Positions 37,257 through 46,301 of a DNA stretch of 64,000 nucleotides are shown piece after piece. Below the pieces are notes generated by a model, which saw only the letters and a list, made by a program, of their open reading frames with translations, made no database searches and was not told where the DNA came from. Location: IMG/VR virus record IMGVR_UViG_3300037541_000696, positions 1-64,000 of that record. One strand, 5' to 3'. This DNA is from a virus. Position 1 is the stretch's first letter, and every line of letters starts with the position of its first letter. Position numbers and translations under genes: made by a program.

Positions 37257-37306
37257 ACTCTACCTAACGTGACCATTGTAATGGCAATGTCTTAACAATG
37301 CTTAAC
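37257..37306 (-). promoter_or_regulatory. Early-type promoter with HLR1-like tandem repeat
   Basis: GTTAAGCA-tt-GTTAAGAC, TAGAGT 34 bp downstream. Confidence 0.6.
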
Positions 37307-37310
37307 CAAT

Positions 37311-37331
37311 AAAAAAGGGGGCCATGCCCCC
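37311..37331 (-). terminator. Intrinsic terminator after cyAbrB-like gene
   Basis: Short G/C hairpin followed by T6 on minus strand. Confidence 0.7.
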
Positions 37332-37358
37332 AGTGATCTGTTCTCTACCGATAAGGTA

Positions 37359-37838
37359 TCAGGATTCAACTTCTTCCAATGGCGTGGTTTCGGAATCCAC
37401 ACCATTCGTGAGAGCGACGTCTTCATCATCATCAGGAAAATCCGGCTGATCTTCACTCGTTGAACATGCACCATCAGGGCATTGACCGGAAGGTTGTGTC
37501 GGCTTCAATGTAAACCCCTTTCGATTTACGCCGATCTGAAACTCATCACCAGGATTAAAGCCTGCCTGCTTAGTATAGGCAGAGCCAATCATCAAGTTGC
37601 CGTTAAACTGCACCCTGGTTCGGAATGTCAGCTTTCGCCCTGGCGATCCAGATCCCTCCAAAATAACGCCTTTTGCCGCCAATAGGGCTTCAAAAAAGGC
37701 AGATCGGTCGATCTTCTCACTGCCATCCTTTTTGATGGAGACATAGCCAGTCTGTCGAGCAAGTTCGTTCTTGCCGCAGCCTTCGGCCTCAAGTTGTTTG
37801 ACCTTGGCCAGCAGTTCAGATCCAGTCAGTGCGCTCAT
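37359..37838 (-). CDS. Cyanobacterial AbrB-like (cyAbrB) transcription regulator
   Basis: LTGSELLAKVK..GYVS..AFFEALLAAKG..RVQFNGNLMIGSAYT..PGDEF; TATAAT upstream. Confidence 0.9.
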   Translation of the reverse strand: MSALTGSELLAKVKQLEAEGCGKNELARQTGYVSIKKDGSEKIDRSAFFEALLAAKGVILEGSGSPGRKLTFRTRVQFNGNLMIGSAYTKQAGFNPGDEFQIGVNRKGFTLKPTQPSGQCPDGACSTSEDQPDFPDDDEDVALTNGVDSETTPLEEVES

Positions 37839-38074
37839 AAAAAAGTGGGAGCAGGCCATAGAATTATAGTGCTTGCCGTGCCATAGTGCTATTGTTTGGC
37901 GCCATCTATATCTGATAAGCATTGCTGATCCGAGTCTTCTGCGGCCATGGCTTCAATTCGCTCTATTTCTTTTAAGAGTGGCAGCAGTTCCTCTACAAAG
38001 CACCATAGATCTAAGCTGATCATTGCTTTTTGTGGCAACAATCAGCTTAACTTAAAAAGTTTTAAGTTGCGGCG

Positions 38075-39493
38075 CTATTTGGCTTGATTTTGACGTTTTT
38101 TCTGTGGTTTTATCTTTTCAGGTAGTGTTAATCCTTTAATTTTTGCCACCCTAGCATTTAACTTTGCCCAATCTTCAAGATCACGAAACCTAAAGTGAGC
38201 GGTGCCCTTTTTGTAAAGGCAAAACTCAAAGAATCCCCACTCATGCCATGCGCCAGATCCAAGGCGATCAAACCCGAATTCAGGTTTTTCGACTTCTTCA
38301 TATTTTTTGCCTGTGACATAGCAAAGTGCTTTAATTAGATCATCAACCTGCCTTCCCCTGTCACTCCAGCGGTCAAATGTAAGACCAGCCGGAAAGCAAG
38401 GTTTCGCTGCATAGGGCACAATGAACTTTTGGCCAAACAGGTATTGCTCATTCGTTTTCCATCCATCCACGTTCCACCTGTTTTCGTGGGTGTACTTAGT
38501 AAACGCATCAAACACCGCTTCAATCGCGCGGTCCATTCGCTGTTCTGTTGTGCCCGCAATAATTTGCAGCATTCGGAACAAGTTTCGCTCTGTGAATGGC
38601 ACTTGACTTTGTTGCTCCACGAATATGTTAATATCACCTTGCAGCTGACTGGTGGCCATATCACGAGGAAGCATTTCTGCAATCACAGATGCCCAAAAAT
38701 CTTTTTGCAATTCTTTGCGAAACTGTGAGCGCGTAGGCGTGCATCTTTCCATGGTAATTTGAATGCCCAGATCGCCTTTGTAAATACCATTTAAGGTGGC
38801 TTGCAATCGCACACCTGCCTCTAGCTGCTCATCAAAAATACGACACGCCTCAATGTAACGATTTACCAAATCACGAGATCGACGATAAGGAATGATTCCT
38901 TCGCCTTGGGCTTCAATATCATCCGGGCCAAGAAAAAAACCGCTAAATTCGTCTACATCGGGCCTACTGCCTGGCTTGGTAAGTCGCACCAATCCAATCT
39001 CGCAATCAGTTGTGCGCTCAGCATCTTCAAACACAGAGCCAAGATTTAGCCTTCCTCCATAGGAATCAATTAGCGTGCGCAGCTCTCGACTAGCACGAAA
39101 ACCATAACGACTGTTATCAACAGTACTCCAATTACATAGACTTACAATGTTACATCCTGGCGGTGCAATCTTCCATGCGTGCAAAATGTGATGTTCATCC
39201 GCTGAGAAAGGTGGATTCATTACAATTACATCTGCGTGAGCAATCTGTTCTGCGGCAACAGAAAGCCAATCACTGCCGATTAACATGCAGCCAGAAATGC
39301 TAGCCAAAATAGCTCGCAACTTGGGCTCAACTTCCACTGCAAGCACTTCCGTGGCTTCCCTTTCTAGTGCTGCACGCACCAGGTTGCCACTACCAGCCGA
39401 GGGTTCTACCACCACCCGACCACGCAGGTCTAGTGGATCTAGCATGGTGGCAGCCACTTCGGGCGGCGTAGGATAAAAATCAGGGTTGAACAC
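38075..39493 (-). CDS. Amino-methyltransferase with DUF4942-like C-terminal domain
   Basis: DFYPTP, EPSAGSG, MNPPF; WGFFEF..YKKGTAHFRF. Confidence 0.85.
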   Translation of the reverse strand: MFNPDFYPTPPEVAATMLDPLDLRGRVVVEPSAGSGNLVRAALEREATEVLAVEVEPKLRAILASISGCMLIGSDWLSVAAEQIAHADVIVMNPPFSADEHHILHAWKIAPPGCNIVSLCNWSTVDNSRYGFRASRELRTLIDSYGGRLNLGSVFEDAERTTDCEIGLVRLTKPGSRPDVDEFSGFFLGPDDIEAQGEGIIPYRRSRDLVNRYIEACRIFDEQLEAGVRLQATLNGIYKGDLGIQITMERCTPTRSQFRKELQKDFWASVIAEMLPRDMATSQLQGDINIFVEQQSQVPFTERNLFRMLQIIAGTTEQRMDRAIEAVFDAFTKYTHENRWNVDGWKTNEQYLFGQKFIVPYAAKPCFPAGLTFDRWSDRGRQVDDLIKALCYVTGKKYEEVEKPEFGFDRLGSGAWHEWGFFEFCLYKKGTAHFRFRDLEDWAKLNARVAKIKGLTLPEKIKPQKKRQNQAK

Positions 39494-39877
39494 TCAGTCC
39501 TCCCACCAAAGCTGACCCCATGTCTCGTTATCTGAGTTGGACCAACACAGACGGCCAATGTTGCCTTGGCGCAGTCTATCTCCTGGATAAAGATAAGCCG
39601 TGGTATCCTCCACTATTTCAAAAGGCCACCAGGCAGTAGCTATTTCAGCAATAGAAATAAATATCTTTTCATTATCATCATCCTTTTTAGTGTTGTTGCC
39701 CCTTGAAGAAAACGGCGGATTGTTAAGCATAAAGCCGCCACTACCAGCAACAGCAGGATAATACCATATTCCTGAGACAAAACAACAATCTTTAGCGTTA
39801 GCTGGGTTAACAGGTGATAATTTTTTGCTAAAAACTTGCATCACCCAATGCAATAAAAAAGCCATTAAGCGTGCCAT
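39494..39877 (-). CDS. Hypothetical protein
   Basis: Coupled ORF. Confidence 0.55.
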   Translation of the reverse strand: MARLMAFLLHWVMQVFSKKLSPVNPANAKDCCFVSGIWYYPAVAGSGGFMLNNPPFSSRGNNTKKDDDNEKIFISIAEIATAWWPFEIVEDTTAYLYPGDRLRQGNIGRLCWSNSDNETWGQLWWED

Positions 39878-40383
39878 CAGCGATTCCTCCTCAGCTTAAC
39901 CGATTGCGACGCAATCAGCCACCTGTAATTTGCTATCCAAGCATGATCAAAATTACCGTTAAACACAAAAACATGTCCTACTTTAATATCTATTGATCTT
40001 CCTTGTGCAATCAATTGACAGCTATCATCAAAACAATTAAGAGATCTGGAAAAACTTTGCAATGCAACAAGAACATTTACAGTTAAACCCATGTCAACAT
40101 CTTTATGTAACATTACTGATCCAGCTCCGAAAGTGTAATCGCAAGTTAAATAACCATTGCGGCTAATGCTGTTGACTACAAAACCATGCAACTCGCACGC
40201 TTTTTGCAAACTAATCAGAATTGGATCATTTTTTTCAATTTCTGCAGTATTTACACTGCCCAATGAATCGCACTTGGTTGACCTTCTTAAAAAATCTCTA
40301 TGTTGACTTGTTTGATCTATTAACAAATCGCCAAGAATGCGCGGCTTGCGACTTATAGAGTGGCTTAACTTGACGTAGTTCAT
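39877..40383 (-). CDS. Putative Fe(II)/2OG dioxygenase-like (DSBH) protein, paralog 1
   Basis: GAGSVMLHKD ... GHVFVFNGNFDHAW (HxD...H). Confidence 0.6.
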   Translation of the reverse strand: MNYVKLSHSISRKPRILGDLLIDQTSQHRDFLRRSTKCDSLGSVNTAEIEKNDPILISLQKACELHGFVVNSISRNGYLTCDYTFGAGSVMLHKDVDMGLTVNVLVALQSFSRSLNCFDDSCQLIAQGRSIDIKVGHVFVFNGNFDHAWIANYRWLIASQSVKLRRNR

Positions 40384-40889
40384 TAACGGACTCTCTTTAA
40401 TTTAACCGATTGCGTCGCAATCAGCCACCTGCAATTAGCCATCCAAGCGTGCTCAGCATCACTATCAAATAAAAAAACTTCTCCCACCGTGATTGACAGG
40501 ATCTTGCCTTTTGTAAAGAGAAAACATTCCTCGCCATCACTTTCTAACGACTTAGAGAGTGGTCGTGTTGCAACAAGCACTCCCACTGCAAAACCAAAGC
40601 CTGAATCTTTGTGTGGAGAAACGGATCCCGCTCCATATACATAATCGCTAAAATAATATAAATCACTGTTATCCTTAAACGCAAAACCATGTAGCGAGCA
40701 AGCTTTACGCAAATCACCTAAGGTCGGATCACTGCTGTTAGGATAAGCTGTGTGAACGGATCCTAGCCAGTACCTTGAAGCTTGCCTTAAAAGCGTATCA
40801 TGAAAGCTATTTTTTTTAACTTTCATGCGGCCTAGAATGCGCGGTTGCCGCGATGTTGCAAGCGAGTAATCTTCCCTTGTGTAAAACAT
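40383..40889 (-). CDS. Putative Fe(II)/2OG dioxygenase-like (DSBH) protein, paralog 2
   Basis: GAGSVSPHKD ... GEVFLFDSDAEHAW; start re-assigned to MFYTRED. Confidence 0.6.
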   Translation of the reverse strand: MFYTREDYSLATSRQPRILGRMKVKKNSFHDTLLRQASRYWLGSVHTAYPNSSDPTLGDLRKACSLHGFAFKDNSDLYYFSDYVYGAGSVSPHKDSGFGFAVGVLVATRPLSKSLESDGEECFLFTKGKILSITVGEVFLFDSDAEHAWMANCRWLIATQSVKLKRVR

Positions 40890-41110
40890 CAACACTGATC
40901 TAAGGATTCCAGGAAGCGACGCGATTCCTCGTCGCAATGCCCGCCCTCCGTGTTTTCTATTACGATTGCATAGGCTTCGTAAGCTGACATAAGCAGATCA
41001 CCACAAAAGCCATATTTCTTTGATAAAAAGATGGCGAGTTGTCGCGCTTTTTCAGGTGTTTGATTTACTGGCATTACAGCCAGTTGATCAACTCTATCTG
41101 ATGTTTTCAT
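40889..41110 (-). CDS. Hypothetical protein
   Basis: Coupled ORF. Confidence 0.55.
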   Translation of the reverse strand: MKTSDRVDQLAVMPVNQTPEKARQLAIFLSKKYGFCGDLLMSAYEAYAIVIENTEGGHCDEESRRFLESLDQC

Positions 41111-41226
41111 TGAAGAACAATCAAAATGGGTTTAACAAAATTTCCAAGATGCAAACTTACTGATGATCTCTAGTGATCTCCTAATCTATTTCAAATTAGG
41201 AGATCACAGGATCGTTGGTTGCGGCA

Positions 41227-41628
41227 CTAGGCCGCTACAGCCTCCAACGCGGTCTTACGTGCTCGCTTGGCGGGACGTGGGCGCTTCGGCGCCGGCGCAG
41301 CGGGGGGAGCGGGCGGGGCAGCAACAGCAGCTTTTTTCGTGCGAGGCTTGCGGGTGGGAGTGATCACGATAGGCTCAGGAGTGATGGCAGGAATGATAGC
41401 TGAGATGGTGGCTGGCGCCGGGGCAGGGGCAAGTGAGAGACCCAAGACTGCGACCCACCATGCCGCGAGCTGATCGTTGCGCTCGTCAAGCGCAAGCCTA
41501 AGCTCGCGTCCGAGCCAGTAGGTCAGCTCAGCAGTAGTGATCGCCAGCGCAATCAATGGAGTGATGACGCGGGCGGCAACTTGAATGTTGCGGCCGATGT
41601 TGCTGGAAGAAAAATCAGACGGTTTCAT
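41227..41628 (-). CDS. Early protein with hydrophobic core and Pro/Ala/Lys-rich tail
   Basis: Start re-assigned to MKPSDF; own promoter. Confidence 0.65.
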   Translation of the reverse strand: MKPSDFSSSNIGRNIQVAARVITPLIALAITTAELTYWLGRELRLALDERNDQLAAWWVAVLGLSLAPAPAPATISAIIPAITPEPIVITPTRKPRTKKAAVAAPPAPPAAPAPKRPRPAKRARKTALEAVAA

Positions 41629-41714
41629 GGTGAAAAAGGGGTGTGGGTGGATGATTGCCGGGGCCATCTCAGGGCCTCGCCGGCTTGAGGCTTTCTCTGC
41701 CGCCTCATGTGCCA

Positions 41715-41765
41715 ATCATAGATCACACTGCCTGGCGATGGCTTGGATCTGTAACAATCTGTTGT
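41715..41765 (-). promoter_or_regulatory. Early-type promoter with HLR1-like tandem repeat
   Basis: ACAACAGA-tt-GTTACAGA, TATGAT 35 bp downstream. Confidence 0.65.
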
Positions 41766-41780
41766 AATTAGATCAAGGCA

Positions 41781-41806
41781 CAAAAAAGCCCCGGTTTGAC
41801 CGGGGC
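41781..41806 (-). terminator. Intrinsic terminator
   Basis: GCCCCGG-tcaaa-CCGGGGC-T6 on minus strand. Confidence 0.8.
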
Positions 41807-41813
41807 AATTTTG

Positions 41814-42026
41814 TTAGCCACGACATGACGCACGCCGCCTAGACAACTCTTGGCTATAAGTGCAACCTTCGTCTGTATAACGACCGGCAACAACAGAATC
41901 AATCTTGTCAAAATTTCTTGCGGATTGAAAAGCATCACGAGCGCTATAAATCAACGCATAATCTGTCATAGATTTTGCCTTTTCCATCCATTTTGCAAAA
42001 TCTTCTGCTGTTGCGTGTTGAGACAT
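41814..42026 (-). CDS. Small early protein
   Basis: Own promoter and terminator. Confidence 0.7.
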   Translation of the reverse strand: MSQHATAEDFAKWMEKAKSMTDYALIYSARDAFQSARNFDKIDSVVAGRYTDEGCTYSQELSRRRASCRG

Positions 42027-42070
42027 GGTTTAGAGGGGGTTGAGGAAGCATCTCTGCCTCCGATGCGCTC

Positions 42071-42121
42071 ATCATAAGGCGCAAGGCCAGCGTGCAATAT
42101 CAACCCGTCGCAATCTGTCAC
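42071..42121 (-). promoter_or_regulatory. Early-type promoter with HLR1-like tandem repeat
   Basis: GTGACAGA-tt-GCGACGGG, TATGAT 35 bp downstream. Confidence 0.7.
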
Positions 42122-42174
42122 AAATGTTCCGGTCAAACCGGAGCATTTGCAACGTGTCACGCCAGGAGATTATC

Positions 42175-42444
42175 CTAAGAACTGGCGTGGCGATGATCAC
42201 TTGCACGCTCTTCCCATGCCTCAGCGTACTCGGACACCCGCTGCAGCATTCGCAGCGCTTCATCGCGCTCAATACGAGCCTGCTGCCATGTGTCGGAACC
42301 TTGGGGATAAAAATCCCGTTGATTGCAAGTTGCCGCAACCAAAAGCTCACGAGCAGCGTTGACTGCCTTGCGCACTGCGCGATACTCTTCAAACAAATTA
42401 TCAGCGCTGGTTCCATTAAGGTGGATTGTCGGAAGAGTGGTCAT
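42175..42444 (-). CDS. Small early protein (PTIHLNGTS..RDFYPQG family)
   Basis: Start re-assigned to MTTLPT. Confidence 0.7.
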   Translation of the reverse strand: MTTLPTIHLNGTSADNLFEEYRAVRKAVNAARELLVAATCNQRDFYPQGSDTWQQARIERDEALRMLQRVSEYAEAWEERASDHRHASS

Positions 42445-42490
42445 AAACCAGATGAGGAAATAAGGGGACATCCCTGCCCCCAGTGAGTTG

Positions 42491-42540
42491 ATCCTATCGC
42501 TCTTGACCTTGAACTCCTGAATCCCGTCGCAATCTGTCAC
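42491..42540 (-). promoter_or_regulatory. Early-type promoter with HLR1-like tandem repeat
   Basis: GTGACAGA-tt-GCGACGGG (identical to 42121 copy), TAGGAT 34 bp downstream. Confidence 0.7.
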
Positions 42541-42588
42541 AAAGCCCCCAGTGATGGCCTAGACTGCTCATGCCGATACAAACTGGCC

Positions 42589-42876
42589 ATGATCGACTCC
42601 CAACCCACAGCAGACACTACCGACGATCGCGTATCTGACGCGCTGGCTCAATTGGAGGAAGCAGGATTTTCCATTGGCGAATATCATCGCCTCGCGCAAA
42701 CAATTCTGCGAATGCTTGCCACCAGTCATGAAGACATGATTGATGAAGACACTTCAACAGAAGAAGCGTGCGCCTTGACATTCCTGTCAACAATTTATGC
42801 AAATGCTGAGCAATTGCTTAGTGTTGGCGAGGAAGACGATGACGGCATGAATGAAGACGAAGATGATATTGAATGA
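42589..42876 (+). CDS. Very acidic small protein (possible DNA mimic)
   Basis: D/E-rich; divergent from early cluster; TAGACT -10 upstream. Confidence 0.6.
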   Translation: MIDSQPTADTTDDRVSDALAQLEEAGFSIGEYHRLAQTILRMLATSHEDMIDEDTSTEEACALTFLSTIYANAEQLLSVGEEDDDGMNEDEDDIE

Positions 42877-42917
42877 CGCTTGCAAGTTTTAAGATGCCTT
42901 TTCAAAGCTGAGGTTAC

Positions 42918-43286
42918 TCAGCTTTTTTTATCTAAGTATAGATAAAGCTCTTGAATAAGTGGCACTAACTCATTATCTGAGAGTTGCTCAACTGCATTAC
43001 TAACTTGCTGCAACAAAAATCGAGCTTGCGTCTTTAGTTTTTTTGTTTTTATACTATTTGCAATTTCTTGTTTTTCTTCTTCTGTTGGAATCCATGTTCT
43101 TGGGTAGATCCATTCACTGCTTCTTCCTCTTGCATCACCACTGGATTTATTAAATACAGTTTTTCCAGCAGTAAAAGTTGTCTTTGTTACTTTTATGACC
43201 TTAAGTAAAGACATTTTGTCATAACCATGGTCGGTACAAGCAACAATATCACCAATTTTAAGATCTTCAAAATTCCTATTTTTCAT
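42918..43286 (-). CDS. Hypothetical protein (SH3-like N-terminus)
   Basis: LKIGDIV..KVIKVTKT. Confidence 0.6.
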   Translation of the reverse strand: MKNRNFEDLKIGDIVACTDHGYDKMSLLKVIKVTKTTFTAGKTVFNKSSGDARGRSSEWIYPRTWIPTEEEKQEIANSIKTKKLKTQARFLLQQVSNAVEQLSDNELVPLIQELYLYLDKKS

Positions 43287-43525
43287 TACTCAGCCTCGCA
43301 GACTTCAATTTCATTTTGCACACCACAAAAGGTGTTTCCTCTTGTGATCTGTGTGTGCGCTTCAAATTCATGAATTTCCACATTTACAGTATTGTCACAT
43401 CCTTTTGTATCTACTTTAATTCCCCATGATGCATCAAGAGCCAGTTGCTTAGCTTCTTCTTCGCTTTCTGCGTCTACTGTTACGCAGATAGACGCAGTGC
43501 AAGGGACGAACACGTTGAATTTCAT
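43286..43525 (-). CDS. Small acidic protein (V.VDAESEEEA motif)
   Basis: Start re-assigned to MKFNVF. Confidence 0.65.
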   Translation of the reverse strand: MKFNVFVPCTASICVTVDAESEEEAKQLALDASWGIKVDTKGCDNTVNVEIHEFEAHTQITRGNTFCGVQNEIEVCEAE

Positions 43526-43577
43526 GGTGGTGATTGAATAAATAAATGAACAGATGTTGGGATAGGCTCCCGGTAAG

Positions 43578-43802
43578 TTACAGATTGCTATCAGCACATT
43601 CTAGCAACCTAGTAGCCCTTGCGGCAGAGACAACGCCTGATTCAGGGCCATTCTCAAGAATGGCTAGTGCCAATCGTTGAGCTTGTAAATCACTTAGCGC
43701 TGAATGTTGCGCAATAAAGCTGCTAAGGCAAGAGACGGTTTCTGTTAATTCTTGACGGTCTTGCTGTTGATCAAACCAGTCGCGAGTGATTGTGTCGAGC
43801 AT
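43578..43802 (-). CDS. Hypothetical protein
   Basis: ORF with hairpin leader. Confidence 0.55.
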   Translation of the reverse strand: MLDTITRDWFDQQQDRQELTETVSCLSSFIAQHSALSDLQAQRLALAILENGPESGVVSAARATRLLECADSNL

Positions 43803-43856
43803 AAAAGATGTTTTGATGTGATTGCCGGGATAGGCTCCCGGCTGGCCATAAAGTCT

Positions 43857-44837
43857 TTAGTTCACTCCACAAAGTTGGAGGGCGCTTTCCCTGGCTCGAT
43901 CTACCACGCGGGATCCTTGGCCCCAGGTGGCGGACTGAAACCGCGTGGAAAGTGTGCCATCACGCAGGCTTGTCTCCACCTCTGTAACAGCATTGTAGCC
44001 GCCCCAAACGGTGCCTGACACGCCATCAATATGCGCACCATATCCGCCAACGTAGGCGTTACGAAGTTTCTCCCATTTCCGAGGGGAATCTTCAATTGTG
44101 CCGTGGCGAATGCCTTCAGGGGTTGTCACAGAAGGCATGTTGTAGAGATGACCAAGCCAGATCTTGTAACCTTCAAAATCCATAGGCGTTTCTGCCATGC
44201 GCTTGTACTCTTCAACGTGCTTTCCAAATGTTTGGCGGGCAACGTCTATATTTTTCAGAATTTCATCAATCTGCGCAATGCCGATTTTAGTATGATTGAT
44301 TGAAAATTGTTTACCTGTGCGGGCGCCATCTTTTTGGGCAAAACCTAGAGTATTCATACAGACAACACGAATGTCTGTATAAATACCTCCAAAACTTGTC
44401 ATGCCATCATGGCCAAGATAGCCGACAAAATTACGATGGATTTTATCACCTTCAACGATACTTGCATCAGTACCAAGAATCTTACCTGTAAATGCAACTT
44501 TGGCACCTTTCTTGAGCACAACAACCGTATCCATGATAATGTCATCACGAAGCATTTCTGCGAGTTGACATAAAATTTCGTTCTGGATCAATTCGTACTG
44601 CGGAGAAACGGTGCCAAGAACAACACCATTATCAGAGCGACAAACAGCAACGCGTTGATCAATTTGCTGATAGTCGTCTTCATTTTTGACAAACAGCGGG
44701 CGCTTTTCGACTTCAAACAATGCGCCAGCACGAGTGAAGGCCTCGCGAGCCGGCAACGTGCCTTCGATGACTTCGCCGAGGCTGTGCCAGGCACGTTTGC
44801 CGTTCATCATGATGCCAGAGTGAAAGTTGTGAGCCAT
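43857..44837 (-). CDS. DUF932 family phage/plasmid protein
   Basis: MAHNF..AWHSLG, Y..IQN, RVVCMNT, GTVWGGYNAVTE. Confidence 0.9.
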   Translation of the reverse strand: MAHNFHSGIMMNGKRAWHSLGEVIEGTLPAREAFTRAGALFEVEKRPLFVKNEDDYQQIDQRVAVCRSDNGVVLGTVSPQYELIQNEILCQLAEMLRDDIIMDTVVVLKKGAKVAFTGKILGTDASIVEGDKIHRNFVGYLGHDGMTSFGGIYTDIRVVCMNTLGFAQKDGARTGKQFSINHTKIGIAQIDEILKNIDVARQTFGKHVEEYKRMAETPMDFEGYKIWLGHLYNMPSVTTPEGIRHGTIEDSPRKWEKLRNAYVGGYGAHIDGVSGTVWGGYNAVTEVETSLRDGTLSTRFQSATWGQGSRVVDRARESALQLCGVN

Positions 44838-44885
44838 GACAGTGGAAGCAGGGTTTATGTCAGGCTTTGTCCGCCTGACTCCCTT

Positions 44886-44936
44886 ATCCTATGCGCAGGA
44901 GGCTTTGAGGCGGATGGTGTTGTCACAATCTGTCGC
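44886..44936 (-). promoter_or_regulatory. Early-type promoter with HLR1-like tandem repeat
   Basis: GCGACAGA-tt-GTGACAAC, TAGGAT 35 bp downstream. Confidence 0.7.
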
Positions 44937-45120
44937 AATTGCGCTGACGCTCCCTGGCGCCGAAGGCGCGGCGCCTGCGGCTGATGTCCTGGCGGCGCAA
45001 GAAATTGCGGTACCAGTGCTCCCGGCGCTGCTCCCGGCGCCAGGCCAGGGCCAGCATTCCAAGCAGCTGGGCCATGATTACCGAGCACATTCCAGCGGCA
45101 AACCAGTCGAGTGGGGTCAT
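44923..45120 (-). CDS. Small membrane protein with Arg-rich tail
   Basis: GAGG RBS; ATGA overlap with ASCH gene. Confidence 0.55.
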   Translation of the reverse strand: MTPLDWFAAGMCSVIMAQLLGMLALAWRREQRREHWYRNFLRRQDISRRRRAFGARERQRNCDRL

Positions 45121-45542
45121 GACACCTCAAGCAGCGCTTCCCTGGTCTCAGCCGGCAACCCCCCCACTGGCACATCAAAGAATCCCAGTTGACCGCGCCA
45201 TGGCGTAAACGGCAGTGGCCTTGGTTTTCTCAAGAGAAAACCATAGCTGCCTATGAACCACTCGCTGCAAGATGTAGTAACGCAATCGTAAATCTCAACG
45301 CTTCCAATTATTCCCCCGCGTTGGATGTTTTCGCGGGTGACACCGGCTTCCATGCCCTTGAGGCCTGCGCCAGCGCCTTGAGCAAGGTCCCATGCGTGGG
45401 TCCACTCCGTTGGGGTCATTGTTTTTGCCGCATGAATTAGAATTCGACCGCGCACCGTGGTGGGCCAATCGCGGTTTTCGACGTTCTTGCCACCGTAGAT
45501 GATCATCCACGCCCATGGTTGGCGGATGCTTAGGGCGAGCAT
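45117..45542 (-). CDS. ASCH domain protein
   Basis: LSIRQPWA..GKNVENR.W..RGRILIHA, GGIIGSV, GQLGFF. Confidence 0.9.
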   Translation of the reverse strand: MLALSIRQPWAWMIIYGGKNVENRDWPTTVRGRILIHAAKTMTPTEWTHAWDLAQGAGAGLKGMEAGVTRENIQRGGIIGSVEIYDCVTTSCSEWFIGSYGFLLRKPRPLPFTPWRGQLGFFDVPVGGLPAETREALLEVS

Positions 45543-46082
45543 GGTTGCCCCTCCAGCTCAGCCCTTTTCGTGGCGTCAGGAGAATGGTTGCCTGGCACTG
45601 GGAAATGATAATGCGGCAGAAAATACTTATCAGCGTGGTATGGCACGCGTAAGTGCCAGGAAGCTGGGACATCCCGCTCCCCGTCAGCACTCTCAAAGCA
45701 CCAGCATTCGCCATCCTCGTTGTAGAAAGGACTGCTCTTCAGGATTGACCTATTGCCCTTTCTGACTGGCTCAAGCGCAGGGCCAGCCTTCATCACGGCT
45801 TCCATGTGATCCCGCGCCAGCCCCCGCAGCATTTCCCGGCGCTCCTTCACGGCCAGAATCTGCTTGATATCTGTCGCCAGTTCCGCTGCCATGTGGTTCA
45901 CCATGCGCTCGGTCAGCTCACTGATGAAATTCAGCACCGCCTTTTCGGCGGCGGTCTTCACTTGCGTCTCAAAATCCGTCATGTGGTTCTCCGGGTTTTG
46001 TGGTGTGTGGTCTAACCCTGCAATGAAGGCGGCGAACCTGGTGCGGGTTGCGGACGCTTAGGGCGAGCATGGTTGCCCCTCC
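45522..46082. repeat. 33-bp direct repeat pair (45522-45554 and 46050-46082, 1 mismatch)
   Basis: Duplicates RBS plus first 7 codons of the ASCH gene. Confidence 0.9.
45530..45982 (-). CDS. Hypothetical, probably chimeric protein between the repeats
   Basis: GGAG RBS; helical N-half, unrelated-looking C-half. Confidence 0.5.
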   Translation of the reverse strand: MTDFETQVKTAAEKAVLNFISELTERMVNHMAAELATDIKQILAVKERREMLRGLARDHMEAVMKAGPALEPVRKGNRSILKSSPFYNEDGECWCFESADGERDVPASWHLRVPYHADKYFLPHYHFPVPGNHSPDATKRAELEGQPCSP

Positions 46083-46238
46083 CACCGCCGCCCACCACTC
46101 CCGGGAAGACTTAGCCTCCCAGCACTCCTGGCAGATGATGGCGCCATTGTCGTCGGGCCATTCCTCGGCTGGATCCGGGATGGTGTTGTTGCAGGTGTTG
46201 CAGGTGGTCAATGGCAAGCGGGTGGTAGTGTTACTCAT
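45969..46238 (-). CDS. Small CxxC-CxxC zinc-finger protein
   Basis: CNTC...CQEC; C-terminus runs into the repeat copy. Confidence 0.55.
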   Translation of the reverse strand: MSNTTTRLPLTTCNTCNNTIPDPAEEWPDDNGAIICQECWEAKSSREWWAAVGGATMLALSVRNPHQVRRLHCRVRPHTTKPGEPHDGF

Positions 46239-46301
46239 GAGCGGTAGGTGGTGGAGCGAAGGTAATGCGAGAAGGCCCCCGGCGAAGCGTAAATGATTAT
46301 A

